DNA of 64,000 nt from Terriglobia bacterium. Lineage in GTDB: Bacteria > Acidobacteriota > Terriglobia > Versatilivoradales > Versatilivoraceae. The notes under the pieces were generated by a model, which did no database searches, was not told the origin of the DNA, and worked only from the letters and a program-made list of their open reading frames with translations. Below are positions 19,520-30,412 of this stretch, piece by piece. Location of the stretch: positions 2,784 through 66,783 of the forward strand of contig JAXLQK010000029.1 in NCBI GenBank assembly GCA_046331665.1, written 5' to 3'. The position numbers were made by a program, and so were the translations under genes. How positions within the stretch are numbered: the stretch's first letter is position 1; each line of letters begins with the position of its first letter.

Positions 19520-19725
19520 TGATCCCTCCTTAGTCTGATCTTCTTGATGTAATAAGGGAGCCCCTACCTAATAAGGAGTGCAACGGAACGCTGCCATCAG
19601 ACAAGCATTTTTGATGCTAACAATCAACTGTGGGCACGTCAACTTTCGTTGGACACCCTTACGCCGAGATTGTACGATGTCCCTTCTATTGGAACCCCAA
19701 ACCAAATATTAGAGATTGTGCACCT

Positions 19726-20499
19726 ATGTTTGAAGGAAAAGTGGCTTTAGTAACAGGAGGCGCCACAGGGCTGGGACGGGCGACTGCGCTTGCATTTGCG
19801 CGGGGCGGCGCTGATCTTGCGATCGTCGACCTCAACGAAGCAGCGGCACGGGACACTGCCTCTGAAATTCGACTTCTGCAGCGGTCTTGCTTTGTGATTC
19901 AAGGGGATATTTCCCAACCCGGCGTGCCTGAACAGATGGTTCGCAAGACCGTTGAATCGTTGGGGCGTCTGGACATTCTTGTCAATAATGCCGCGACCTG
20001 GTCCGTTGAGCCGTTTAACGAGATCAGCGAAGCGGCTTGGACGAAAGTGTTCGACGTCAATGTCAAGGCCTTGATGTTTTGCCTGCAGGCCGCGGCCCGG
20101 GAGATGCGATCCAAGGGAGGGGGAAAAATCATTAACATCACTTCCCCCGCGTCCCACATGGCTCTGCCGAATTATACGGCCTATGCTGCCAGCAAAGCCG
20201 CTGTGGACAGTATTACGCGGTCGGCTGCTGTTGCGTTGGGCAAGGACAGGATTACGGTAAACTCGGTAGCCCCCGGCCGCATGGATACTGCTATGCAGCG
20301 GGAGACAGAACCTAAATTCGCGGCTCTCGCGGGCAAAGAGTTGCAGTCCTTCATCCTGGACCGCACCAAAGACATCCCTATCGGGCGTCGAACGTCGCCG
20401 GAAGAAGTAGCGGAGGGAATTCTTTGGCTTGCCAGTGCCCAGGCGGATTACGTGACCGGGGCTCGCCTTAATTTCTCCGGCGGGCTGGAGGTAGATTGA
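19726..20499 (+). CDS. SDR-family oxidoreductase
   Basis: 'KVALVTGGATGLGRATA' and catalytic 'YAASKAAV'. ATG at 19726 chosen over the upstream in-frame start. Confidence 0.85.
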   Translation: MFEGKVALVTGGATGLGRATALAFARGGADLAIVDLNEAAARDTASEIRLLQRSCFVIQGDISQPGVPEQMVRKTVESLGRLDILVNNAATWSVEPFNEISEAAWTKVFDVNVKALMFCLQAAAREMRSKGGGKIINITSPASHMALPNYTAYAASKAAVDSITRSAAVALGKDRITVNSVAPGRMDTAMQRETEPKFAALAGKELQSFILDRTKDIPIGRRTSPEEVAEGILWLASAQADYVTGARLNFSGGLEVD

Positions 20500-21335
20500 T
20501 GCGCGAAGCACACCTGGCGACGTCTATTTCAGAATTGAGGCAACATGCCCGTCGGATTCGCCAAAACGTCCTCCGGATGGCCAAGAACAAGGGAGATGGT
20601 TACGTGGGTCAAGGCTTAGACGCAGCCGACATTCTAGCAACCCTCTACTTTCGTGAAATGAAATTTGATCCACAACGATTGGATTGGCCCGAACGAGACC
20701 GATTCTTGCTTTCCACCGGGCACTATTCCATCGTTTTGTTTGCCACCTTGACCGAACTTGGTGTTTTCCCACCCGAAGAATTGAAAACCTATGGCGCTGA
20801 CGGGAGTCGATTTGAAATGTCGAGTTGCCATACTACTCCTGGTGTGGAGATTACCGGCGGCTCCCTGGGACACGGCCTTTCACAAGCAGTAGGGGTGGCA
20901 CTCGGTTCTCGGCTGAGCGGACGAAATTTCCGGGTCTTCAATTTTCTCAGCGATGGGGAACTTCAGGAAGGGGTCACTTGGGAAGCGGCCATGGCAGCTG
21001 CCAATTTTCAATTGGGGCAACTGATCGCGCTCATCGACGTGAACGATATGCAAGCCGATGGGAAGGTGTCTGACGGCATGAAGATCGAACCCGTTGCCGA
21101 GAAATGGAGGGCGTTCGGATGGCACACGCAGGTTGTGGATGGGAATTCACTCGAAGCCCTCGTTGCTGCCTTGGAAGTCGTTCGCTCGATACTTGACCGC
21201 CCCAAAGCCATCGTCTGTTACACCAAGCTGGGAAAAGGAGCCCTCCTCGTCGAACAGCGTGCACAGGGCCATTTCGTGCGCCTGGAGCCTGATGAATGGG
21301 AGATGGCACTCAAACAGGTTGGGGAGAGGGAGTAG
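20496..21335 (+). CDS. Transketolase, N-terminal (TPP-binding) subunit
   Basis: 'GHYSIVLFATLTELG' and 'GSLGHGLSQAVGVA' are the split-transketolase N-subunit motifs. Confidence 0.85.
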   Translation: MMREAHLATSISELRQHARRIRQNVLRMAKNKGDGYVGQGLDAADILATLYFREMKFDPQRLDWPERDRFLLSTGHYSIVLFATLTELGVFPPEELKTYGADGSRFEMSSCHTTPGVEITGGSLGHGLSQAVGVALGSRLSGRNFRVFNFLSDGELQEGVTWEAAMAAANFQLGQLIALIDVNDMQADGKVSDGMKIEPVAEKWRAFGWHTQVVDGNSLEALVAALEVVRSILDRPKAIVCYTKLGKGALLVEQRAQGHFVRLEPDEWEMALKQVGERE

Positions 21336-21337
21336 GC

Positions 21338-22330
21338 ATGGAAACGCTCAGACCCAAGCCGGGACAAACGACAGCCATGAGCGAGGCGGAGCCGATGGCT
21401 GCCACCCTTCCAGCCGTCGACAAACCCTTTGGCAAGGCCCTCATTGCTCTTGCTCAACAAAGGTCAGACATCGTTGGGCTGACGGCCGATTTGGGCAAGT
21501 ATACAGATCTCGACATCTTCGGCGTACATTTCCCGGACCGGTATTTTCAGGTTGGGATGGCGGAGCAAAATCTGATCGGTATCGCCGCGGGACTCGCGCA
21601 TGTCGGCTACGTCCCTTTTGCCACCACGTATTGTGTCTTCGCAGCTCGTCGCGCCTATGATTTCATTGCCATTGATGTGGCCTACCCTCGCGCCAACGTC
21701 AAGATCATTGCCGGCCTCCCTGGATTGACAACAGGCTATGGAGCCACCCACCAGGGAATCGACGATTTGGCGCTAATGCGGGCTATCCCGAATATGACAG
21801 TGATCGATCCTTGCGATGCTACGGAGATTCAACAGGCTGTTGTTGCTTTGGCGCAGTATCACGGACCCGTTTACATGCGCTTGCTGCGAGGCAAAGTCAA
21901 ACGCGTCTTCGAAGATAAAACCTATCAGTTCGAAATCGGAAAAGGCAAGATCCTCCGCAAGGGGCAGGACCTTCTTTTAGTGAGTACGGGTTTGATGACC
22001 GACCGTGCCTTGCAAGCCGCGGATGGGCTGGCTGAGGAAGGGATTCAGGCCCGTGTGTTGCACCTTTCGACCTTGAAGCCGTTTGATTCCGAAACTCTGC
22101 TGGAAGCCACCTCTGGTCTCAAGGCTCTGGTGACACTGGAAAATCACAGTACGATCGGAGGGCTGGGTTCAGCGGTGGCTGATGCACTTTCCCAGGCGGG
22201 AGTCCACATCAGGCTGACCAAGATCGGCATTCCCGATTGTTTTGTGGAATGCGGTTCCGTGGATTATTTGACCGAGAAGTATGGATTGTCAGTTGCATCC
22301 ATCATCCGGACTGCCCGCCAGTTGCTCTAA
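21338..22330 (+). CDS. Transketolase, C-terminal (pyrimidine-binding) subunit
   Basis: 'FQVGMAEQNLIGIAAGLA' and 'GATHQGIDDLALMRAIPNMTV'. ATG 2 nt after the N-subunit stop. Confidence 0.85.
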   Translation: METLRPKPGQTTAMSEAEPMAATLPAVDKPFGKALIALAQQRSDIVGLTADLGKYTDLDIFGVHFPDRYFQVGMAEQNLIGIAAGLAHVGYVPFATTYCVFAARRAYDFIAIDVAYPRANVKIIAGLPGLTTGYGATHQGIDDLALMRAIPNMTVIDPCDATEIQQAVVALAQYHGPVYMRLLRGKVKRVFEDKTYQFEIGKGKILRKGQDLLLVSTGLMTDRALQAADGLAEEGIQARVLHLSTLKPFDSETLLEATSGLKALVTLENHSTIGGLGSAVADALSQAGVHIRLTKIGIPDCFVECGSVDYLTEKYGLSVASIIRTARQLL

Positions 22331-22428
22331 TCCTGAAATGTGTCTGGGGAGCTGGCGAATCCACTGGGAACCTCTTCTGTCCCCTCGCATGCCGGCACAA
22401 GCCTCAAACCGAGCCATAGAGGAAGGCA

Positions 22429-23607
22429 TTGATGAAAATCACCAAACTGGAAACTTTTTTATGCAATGCCGGGCTGAGGAATTATCTATTCTTGCGCCTC
22501 CACACGGACACCGGATTGACGGGAATTGGCGAAGCTTCTCTCGAATGGCAGGAAGACACAGTACGGACACTGGTTCACGAGTTTCTCCACGATCGTTATG
22601 TCATTGGGGCAAATCCATTTGATATTGAAGACCTGGTCACACGCATGGTTCGCGACCAGTATCAGGGCGGGTCGACCGTCATGACTGCAATCAGTGCCGT
22701 GAAGTGGCGCTCAGGGCAAGCCTGCGGACAGCCGGTCTATAACCTGTTAGGGGGACGCTGCAGAGATCGCCTGGCAGCCTACGCCAACGGCTGGTAAGGG
22801 CGGTGCCCAGAGCCTGTGACCAATTTGCACGGGCAGCGGTTCAATGCGTACAACGGGGGTATACCGCGATGAAATTCGACCCGTTTGGGGTGGTATTGAA
22901 GGAATTGACCAAACCTCAGCTAAAGCATGTCATTTCCTGTGTGGAAGGGTCCGGAGAGCAGAAGAGAAGAGGTTCGTCTGATGATCGAGGGGCATGGTCG
23001 GCTTGGGGTTGAAACGGCCATCGAGGTGGCCAGAGCGCTTGAGCCTTATCAACCGGCATGGTTTGAGGAACCTGTGGATCCCGAATGCATTGAATTGTTA
23101 GCCGAGGTGAAAGCTCAAACCCGGATACGCATTGCGGCAGGGGAGCGTCTTTACACCATGCCTGATTTCTTTCGACTGGTGTCCAACCGGGCAGCCGACA
23201 TTGTGCAAATGGATGTCTCCCATTGCGGGGGTGTTTTAACGAGCCGAAAAATTGCGGCGATGGCTGCTGTTCAGGACTTGCAGGTTGCTCCCCATTGCTC
23301 CATCGGTCCCGTAGCACTAGCGGCGGCGCTTCATTTTGACTATGGCACTCCAAATTTTTTCATTCAGGAAGCGTTTTCGGATTTTGATGTTCCCTGGCGA
23401 CATTCGCTCGTTAAGGGATGGAATCCTTTAAAAGAGGGTTGGTTTAGTCTTCCGGAACGTCCGGGACTCGGTTTGGAGCTGGACGAGGACGCGATCGCTG
23501 CACATCCTTATGTGAGGAATTCCTTCCCCAGCCTCTGGGAGCAGAAATGGGCGGAAGACTTTACTCAGAATGAAACGGGCCTCAAAACGCGGCCGGGTCA
23601 AGAATAA
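22429..23607 (+). pseudogene. Enolase-superfamily dehydratase (MR/MLE, D-galactonate-dehydratase-like) interrupted by two frameshifts (frames 1>0>1 within ~130 nt)
   Basis: N-domain in 22429..22797. 'GYTAMKFDPFG' is only in the frame of 22803..23012. 'LMIEGHGR...AWFEEPV...QMDVSHCGG' in 22927..23607. G5 run at 22852. Confidence 0.6.
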
Positions 23608-23693
23608 CCCCGACGGAATCATTCGGAGACTGGAATCCGGATTTATTCCAAACAGCGCCGCTGATCGGAGACACGAGAAGTATTGTCAAAAAA

Positions 23694-25019
23694 ATGGAAG
23701 ATCGTTCGACCGGGAAACCACAATTCAGCACGTTCTTAAGATTCTTCAAATCCGAAGCCACTGGCAGTCTCCTCTTGCTGTTCTGCACCTGCGCTGCCCT
23801 CCTCTGGGCGAACTCTCGCTATGCCGAAAGCTACCATGAGCTTCTGCATACGAAAATTGGAGTTACCTGGGAGGGCTCCACTTTTGGTTTTTCACTGCAT
23901 CACTGGATTAACGATGCTTTGATGGTCTTGTTCTTCTTCGTCGTTGGGCTCGAGATCAAACGGGAAATCATCGTGGGGCAGCTTTCTTCGTTGAGGAAAG
24001 CCGTGTTGCCGGTAGCCGCCGCTCTGGGCGGCATGATCATTCCTGCGATCTGTTATCTCTTCTTCAACTACGGGCAGAACGGGGCGCGAGGCTGGGGAAT
24101 CCCAATGGCGACCGATATCGCCTTTGCACTGGGGATTCTTTCCCTGCTTGGGCCGCGCGTTCCCGTAGGACTCAAACTATTTCTGACTGCCCTGGCCATT
24201 GCCGATGATTTGGGAGCCGTGTTGGTGATCGCTGTTTTTTATACGGAGCAGATCCGCGTGGGGGCCATTCTGATATCCGTTTCTCTTTTGATTCTGATCG
24301 CCTTTGCCCAGCGATTCGGGATACGGTGGGGCCCGTTCTATGCCTTGGCTGCATTCGGTGTTTGGCTGGCCGTCCTCAAGTCCGGCGTCCACGCCACCGT
24401 GGCAGGGGTGCTTCTGGCCATGGTTGTGCCTGTCCGCCCCCGGATTCAATCCAAACAATTCTTTACCGTAGTCAGCGATTCCCTGGAAGATCTTCAGAGA
24501 AGTTTTTCAGAACAGAATAAACCGTTGGATCGGCGACAAGTGGAGCTTCTCGAGGGTATTCATGAGGTAACGCGGGATCTGATGCCTGCCGGACTGGCCT
24601 TTGAACACTTTCTGCATCCAATTACAGCCTATTTTGTCATTCCCTTGTTTGCACTGTTTAATGCCGGAGTCACTGTTGAATCTGGTCTCATGAACGCGAT
24701 GGTCAATCCAGTGAGTCTCGGCGTGTTGGTGGGGCTCTTCGTCGGGAAACAGCTTGGAGTGTTTCTGGCCAGTTGGATTTCCATTCGTGTCGGGGCGGCT
24801 GAAATGCATGCCAATGTGAGTTGGGGCCAGATCTATGGAGCAGGTATTTTGTCGGGCATTGGCTTTACGATGTCACTTTTTGTCGCTGAACTCGCCTTCC
24901 CGGATGGCCCGCTCATGGCCGCGGCAAAAATCGGTATTCTCTGCGCTTCAGTTCTCGCCGGAATCATCGGGTATGGAATTCTTCGTCTGGTTCTGCGCCA
25001 GAGCCAGGAACAGCTGTAA
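23694..25019 (+). CDS. nhaA: Na+/H+ antiporter NhaA
   Basis: 'WINDALMVLFFFVVGLEIKRE', 'GIPMATDIAFALG' and 'ALAIADDLGAV' are NhaA hallmarks. Confidence 0.9.
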   Translation: MEDRSTGKPQFSTFLRFFKSEATGSLLLLFCTCAALLWANSRYAESYHELLHTKIGVTWEGSTFGFSLHHWINDALMVLFFFVVGLEIKREIIVGQLSSLRKAVLPVAAALGGMIIPAICYLFFNYGQNGARGWGIPMATDIAFALGILSLLGPRVPVGLKLFLTALAIADDLGAVLVIAVFYTEQIRVGAILISVSLLILIAFAQRFGIRWGPFYALAAFGVWLAVLKSGVHATVAGVLLAMVVPVRPRIQSKQFFTVVSDSLEDLQRSFSEQNKPLDRRQVELLEGIHEVTRDLMPAGLAFEHFLHPITAYFVIPLFALFNAGVTVESGLMNAMVNPVSLGVLVGLFVGKQLGVFLASWISIRVGAAEMHANVSWGQIYGAGILSGIGFTMSLFVAELAFPDGPLMAAAKIGILCASVLAGIIGYGILRLVLRQSQEQL

Positions 25020-25053
25020 CTGGTGCCACTACGGATGACTGCCGGATACATCG

Positions 25054-25668
25054 TCACTTAATGAGACCGCGTTTCGTCATCACTTTTCTAATGGCCTTGG
25101 CCACTCCCTCGACAAGGTCCGGGAGAGAATCGGGATTTGTGGTCTCGGTGACGCTGGTCCAGAGCAGTTTGTCATCCGTGATGGAGTAGATCGTTGTTTC
25201 CACCTGAAAAATCTTATCGGTATAGACGTAGTCGGAAGAATAAACGTCTGCCCAAGCCCAGCTATAGTATCCCCAAAACGTGCCGTAATAAGGCGGATAG
25301 AACCCAGCCACATACGTCACTTTGTCCTTGGCTCCAAGCAAGCGCATGACGACGGCTCCGTCAAACCCCATTTTCTTGATTTTCTCCCGGGCTTGGTCTT
25401 TGTTCATCAAATCAGATTCGGTGAGCACATTGTAGGATTGAAAAGGATTCCCCCGCTTGATCTCAAAAGCCATCTGATTTTCCACCATCTGCCGGTTCCC
25501 CTGGTCTTTCGTGACGCACAGGGTTAGCAAATGTTTGAATGAATAATTCCCGGCCCCGGGAGCCGCCCAGCTTTGGACTACCTTGGTCCCCGCCTGAGAA
25601 GCCGTTTGCAGCATTCCCAACATGAAAAAGAGCATGAAGAAAAGCGTTCGAGAAAAAGATTGGCGCAC
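25054..25668 (-). CDS. Secreted hypothetical protein (signal peptide)
   Basis: N-terminal 'LFFMLFFMLGMLQTASQA'. No recognised domain. Confidence 0.5.
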   Translation of the reverse strand: MRQSFSRTLFFMLFFMLGMLQTASQAGTKVVQSWAAPGAGNYSFKHLLTLCVTKDQGNRQMVENQMAFEIKRGNPFQSYNVLTESDLMNKDQAREKIKKMGFDGAVVMRLLGAKDKVTYVAGFYPPYYGTFWGYYSWAWADVYSSDYVYTDKIFQVETTIYSITDDKLLWTSVTETTNPDSLPDLVEGVAKAIRKVMTKRGLIK

Positions 25669-25747
25669 TGTGAACCTCCAAAAGGATGTGATTGATTCGC
25701 TATTTGCCTATGGGAAAGTCTATCTCCGTTTGACCGGATAAGATTGA

Positions 25748-26866
25748 TCATTTTGTCACAAATCGAGCCGGAGAAAACTCATTTCTCAAGACATGTTCTC
25801 GTGATTGCAATATCAAACTGGCGGCTAAGACTCCTGCCGAATAGCTCACGGTGACTCCGTGTCCTCCGAGCCCCGCTACCCAAAAGAAGCCATCGAGATT
25901 GGGGTCCCACCCAATGACAAAGTGGCGGTCTGGAGCGAAGGTTCTTAAACCACACCACGAATTCCGAATCCGTAATTCCGCCAGCTTCGGGAAGCAACGC
26001 AACGTCTTTTCCGCCAGCATCTCCAGGACGGAAGGATCTTGGGCCGGAAGACCCGGGCTTTCGGGAGACTCATCACAAGGGCTTAGAAGTAATCCCCCCG
26101 ATTCCGGGCGAAAATAAAGTTCATGAGCGAGGTCCCAGATTATGGGCCAGGCCGGGGAAACCCAATCGAGAGCTTCAGTGACATACAGATGACGGCGGTA
26201 GGGAATCATCGGAATTGCTGTGGCCCCGGCGAGGGCGGCAATTGCGCCGGCCCAGGCGCCTGCAGCATTGACCACGATATCGACTTCGAATTCACCAACA
26301 TTCGTTTCCACGGCGACGACTCGCTGGTTGCGTGTAATGATCCTGTTTAATTTCTCGGAGAAGCGGACTTCGGCCCCACCCGCCTCAGCGGACTTCAGAT
26401 ACCCTCGAATGAGACCATGGATATCAATGACCCCGTCGGTAGGACACCAGATTCCTCCAAGACAGGGAGAGCCTTCGAGCACCGGGACTTGCCTAACGAT
26501 CTGTTCAAGTGGCCACCATTCTGCCTTTACACCGGATTCCCGGGAGCGTCGTCCGTCTGCCTGAAGACGGATGGCACCTTCATCATTGGTAAGCAGAAAT
26601 GAACCGATTTGTTGGAACGGAGTTTCCACTGGCCAGGAATCCGGCAATTGGCGAAGAAAAGCAGCCCCTCCACGGGCCATTGCACTGACGGACTCCCCGG
26701 AAACGACCTGCCGGATCATGGCCGCATTTTTCCCGGACGCATGGCTTCCAGGGATTGCTTCCTGCTCGATCACCTTCACATGGGTCATGCCCATCTGGGT
26801 CAAGTGAAAGGCAGTTGTTGCCCCCGCGAATCCAGCTCCAATAATGACACAACGCTTTTCGGTCAT
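25748..26866 (-). CDS. FAD-dependent oxidoreductase (DAO/glycine-oxidase-like)
   Basis: 'KRCVIIGAGFAGATTAFHL' dinucleotide-binding motif. Start at the internal Met (ORF runs to 26905). Confidence 0.8.
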   Translation of the reverse strand: MTEKRCVIIGAGFAGATTAFHLTQMGMTHVKVIEQEAIPGSHASGKNAAMIRQVVSGESVSAMARGGAAFLRQLPDSWPVETPFQQIGSFLLTNDEGAIRLQADGRRSRESGVKAEWWPLEQIVRQVPVLEGSPCLGGIWCPTDGVIDIHGLIRGYLKSAEAGGAEVRFSEKLNRIITRNQRVVAVETNVGEFEVDIVVNAAGAWAGAIAALAGATAIPMIPYRRHLYVTEALDWVSPAWPIIWDLAHELYFRPESGGLLLSPCDESPESPGLPAQDPSVLEMLAEKTLRCFPKLAELRIRNSWCGLRTFAPDRHFVIGWDPNLDGFFWVAGLGGHGVTVSYSAGVLAASLILQSREHVLRNEFSPARFVTK

Positions 26867-26901
26867 AGCTCCAGCCATAAAACTCCACCCATCTCTTTCC
26901 G

Positions 26902-27740
26902 TCATTGCCCGAAGATCTTCAAAGGATTCTCGGAGTCAATCCGCTCTACTTGACCGAACCCCTCAGCAATGAACCGATAGCCGACTCCGCGGACAGTCAG
27001 AAGATAGCGTGGCTTGGTGGGGACGTCTCGAAGATAGCGGCGCAATCGAACGATGAAATTGTCAATCGCGCGCGTATCGGTATCCAGCGAAGCCTCCAGA
27101 CTTCTTCCAAGATCGACTTGCGGGAGACGGTTCGCCCAGCATGTTGAACCAAATGGTGAAGCAAGGCGTAGTTTCCATCAGAGTCAGTGGTATCACCCCG
27201 GATTTCACGCGAATTTCGGGAATTGTAAAGTCAATGGTCTTTGTCCTCCAATTTGAAAGATTTTTGATCCAAGTCGCCATTGAGAAGTCCTGCCTTCAAC
27301 GTGGATTTCGGATTGCAGGGGGGCGCCATTTCTCAAGCGATGAGCGCTCCGAGTAACTGCGCAGAAACCAATGCCGACGGCGTAAAAGGCTTCCCAGTCG
27401 AGCCATCAAAATCGATAATTCGAATGGTTTTGGCAAATAATCGTCGGCACCCGCTTCAAATCCCTGTAAAACGTCTTGCGGTTGACCACGGGCAGTCATG
27501 ATCAGCACGGGAAGGAAAAGCCCTGCCTTCCGGAGTTCGGAAACCACGCGAAATCCATCCATTCCCGGCAGCATCACGTCCAATAGGATCACATCAAACC
27601 GCTCTGGCTGACGCCGTACCGCATCCAGAGCACCTTCACCGTCTCCTGCGACTTCGACCTGATAGCCTCTTGCTTCCAGGCGTAATCGGCAATCCGTTGG
27701 CCAAGCTTGTCTCATCTTCAACAATCAGTATGGCGCTCAC
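26902..27740 (-). pseudogene. OmpR-family response regulator with at least three frameshifts
   Basis: GTG 'VSAILIVEDETSL' at 27740, then receiver 'RGYQVEVAGDGEGAL...FDVILLDVMLPGMDG' in another frame. The winged-helix C-terminus 'LDTDTRAIDNFIVRLRRYL...RYLLTVRGVGYRF' is only readable in a third frame ending at 26902. Confidence 0.6.
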
Positions 27741-27768
27741 AGTTCTCGTCTTTTCCCATTACCGCATT

Positions 27769-28701
27769 CTACGCGCGCGGCAGTTCAACTGTAAAAGTAC
27801 CGCCCAACCCCTTACCCTGTACTTCCGCAAACCCTGCCTTTGTGCCGCTTGACAATTGAGCGAACGATGAATAACCCCAAGCCTGTTCCTTGGACACGCC
27901 TCGATTCGCGATGAGTTGCCCGATAAAATCTTTGAAAAATTCTCTTGAGCCGATCTCCGGGAATTCCAATCCCGAGCGGTTACGCACCCGGATCACTGCC
28001 CGCGACGACCACCAGCAGCCATCGCTGCAGCCATCGGACGCTTCCGGAGAGTTATTATTGACCCGCCATCCAGCAGTGTTGGTCAATGCGCCCATTTCTT
28101 CGTCACCCCAAACTGCCGTAGGGGAGTCATCAACTTCCAATTCCTGGAAGACCATCGGTCCTTCATTAAGTGGTACCGTGCTCGAGCCCATTCCATGCAC
28201 TCCCGGACTAATGGAGCCAGTAGAATGCGATCCCGTTGGGCCGCCTCGCTCCGATGGGAAAGCCGGCCAGTGCGCAAGACTTGCTCGACCGTATGCAGCA
28301 GGCGGTCGTTATCGGCAAGCATAATGTTATAAAACTGAAGGCGAGTTGCCTCGTCGACTCGCGGGTTTTCAGAGTTTCCAAATAAAGGCGGATGGAGGTG
28401 ATGGGAGTCTTCAGCTCGTGAGTGACTGCATTGATGAATCCAGTCATGTTGTTCATTGGCAGGGCACTGCGAACCAGAAAGGTCGTATTCAGAATGAGTC
28501 CGGCAATGATGGCTATAAAAAAAATGCATCTCTAAAACCAGGGATGGCTACCTGCCGCCAATGCAAAACGACCCATCCCACATTCAAGGCGACGGCCAGT
28601 GCAACCAGGCAGGTCCCCAGGGCAATAAAGAATATGATGGAACTCTTCCGACTTGGTACATGCATCGAGCCAATTCTAGGCGAAGGTCGCGAAGGGAGCA
28701 A
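27769..28701 (-). pseudogene. Sensor histidine kinase fragmented over all three frames
   Basis: TM segment in 28513..28701. H-box 'AVTHELKTPITSIRLYLETL' in 28208..28456. 'IMLADNDRLLHTVEQVLR' in 28083..28529. HATPase end 'GKGLGGTFTVELP' in 27769..28200. Confidence 0.6.
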
Positions 28702-28957
28702 ACCGGAATATTGATGGGGCTACAATTCCTAGGCTTGCGTCGCGAAAATTTGGTGTAGAGTATTCCTGTGCGTCTTTGCCAGGTTCCATTCTCGCCTCAT
28801 GGAAAATCTTAATGGACGGTTGGGCGACTCCCTAAGCCCGGAGTCATGAAATTCATTTGGGTTTGTTCCCGAAATGCATAGACTTCCGGGATGCAGTTCG
28901 GGACCTTCGGAAAAATCAGCGATTGCTTGATCTAGCCATGAACCAGGAGAGGTTACG

Positions 28958-29965
28958 ATGACGAGTGAAAAACCAAATCCAGAATTAATTTTTGACGCTC
29001 TGAATGCCTACCAAAAATCAGCCACCTTGAGCGGCGCCATAGAACTTGATCTATTTACGGGTGTGGGCGAAGGGAAGAATACAGTTTCCCCAATTGGCCG
29101 AATACTGCAAAGCCACTGCCAAAGGGATCAGGGTGTTGTGTGACTTTATGGTCATTCAGGGCTTTTTGGGAAAAGATGACGCCATTATCTTTTGACCCCC
29201 ATCTCAGCCGTTTCTGGATCGAAAATCCCCAAGTTATCTCGGGTCCATCGTTCGATTCCCCAAACAACCCCTTCGATAGAGGGGGCCTTTCAAGATGTTG
29301 CCTCGTTGGTCCGGAAGGAGGGATCGGTTCTCGCAGGGGACGGTAGAGGCGAACAATCCCATTTGGGTCGAATTTGCCAGAAGCATGGCACCATTGGCTC
29401 TCCCGGATGGCCGAGGCAGTAGCCAAGTTAGTTGAGCCGAAGGCGGGAAATCTTCCCAAGGTCCTGGATATTGCCGCTGGACATGGATATTGGCGGGGAT
29501 CTCGATCGGGAAGTGAATCCCCAGGCTCAGATTGTTGCACTCGACTGGCCTGCGGTGCTTGAAGTGGCAAAGACGAACGCCTCAAAAGCAGGGATGGATG
29601 GGCGATTTCATACGCTCCCGGGAAGTGCCTTCGAAACGGAATTTGCGGGTGAATATGAAATTGTCCTTTTGACAAATTTCCTTCACCACTTTGATCAGGA
29701 AACCTGTAAAGGGCTGATTGGGAAAATCAGAAAGTCCATAAGCAAAGGGGGAAGGACTTTGACGGTGGAATTTGTGCCCAACGAAGATCGGGTCTCTCCA
29801 CCGGTGGCTGCCTCATTTGCGATGATGATGCTCGGAACGACGGCCTCCGGGGATGCCTATACCTTCTCGGAGTACGAACAAATGTTTCGGGAAGGTGGGT
29901 TTTCGCGCTCTGAGCTGCATACGGTCCCAAACGCACCTCAGAGTGTGATCGTCAGTTACGCCTAA
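28958..29965 (+). pseudogene. SAM-dependent O-methyltransferase (family-2 type) broken by several frameshifts
   Basis: Dimerisation-domain start 'SGAIELDLFT' (28958..), motif I 'VLDIAAGHGYW' in the frame of 29374.., and 'LLTNFLHHFDQETCKGL' C-terminal domain in 29432..29965. Confidence 0.55.
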
Positions 29966-30057
29966 TTGTCGCGGAAACGGCAATCTGCTGTATGAATTGG
30001 CGTTATAAATTTTGTGATTCCCTGTTCAAGGCACTTGAACTTCTACCAACAGGCTTG

Positions 30058-30209
30058 GCGCCTTACGGAGCTTTGTCGATACATGATGGGGGTTTCTATA
30101 AACAGATCGCCCCTAGCGGGGCTCAATCGGCTCCAACCTCTCTATGCGACCAGTCTGGTTCATTCTGCGTGCGGCAATCCAATTTGTAGTTTCCCGTTGG
30201 ATCAATAGG
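30058..30209. repeat. ~150-bp repeat, left copy, near-identical (>90%) to 30896..31043 in direct orientation. Contains hairpin GCCCC-TAGC-GGGGC.
   Basis: 68-nt core 'gggggtttctataaacagatcgcccctagcggggctcaatcggctccaacctctctatgcgaccagtctg' is identical in both copies. Confidence 0.8.
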
Positions 30210-30325
30210 TTGTATTTGATTTTTCGTGGGCCAATGGGTGAATTCTGTCTGTTGGCTTGCCTGACTTGATTCCCCTTAGCTCTCGCTTAGACAGACCTGT
30301 TTGCGAGATTTTGCCGAGCAAATGG

Positions 30326-30406
30326 CCAAGCTCCGTCAGGAGCGACCTGTATATAGATATGTGTGTCCCCAACCTTCCAAGCTCCGGGTTGTGATGACCT
30401 GTTACC
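30326..30406. repeat. Two REP-like ~55-bp units (CCAAGCTCCGTCAGGAGCGACCTGT.TATAGA...) abutting the tnpA 3' end
   Basis: Same unit as the array at 31106..31392. Contains the GCTCC-GTCA-GGAGC palindrome. Confidence 0.7.
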
Positions 30407-30412
30407 TTTACA

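Noticed and set aside
19747-20511. 254-aa minus-strand ORF opposite the SDR gene
   Set aside because: Antisense. The SDR strand carries the TGG...G.G and Y...K motifs.
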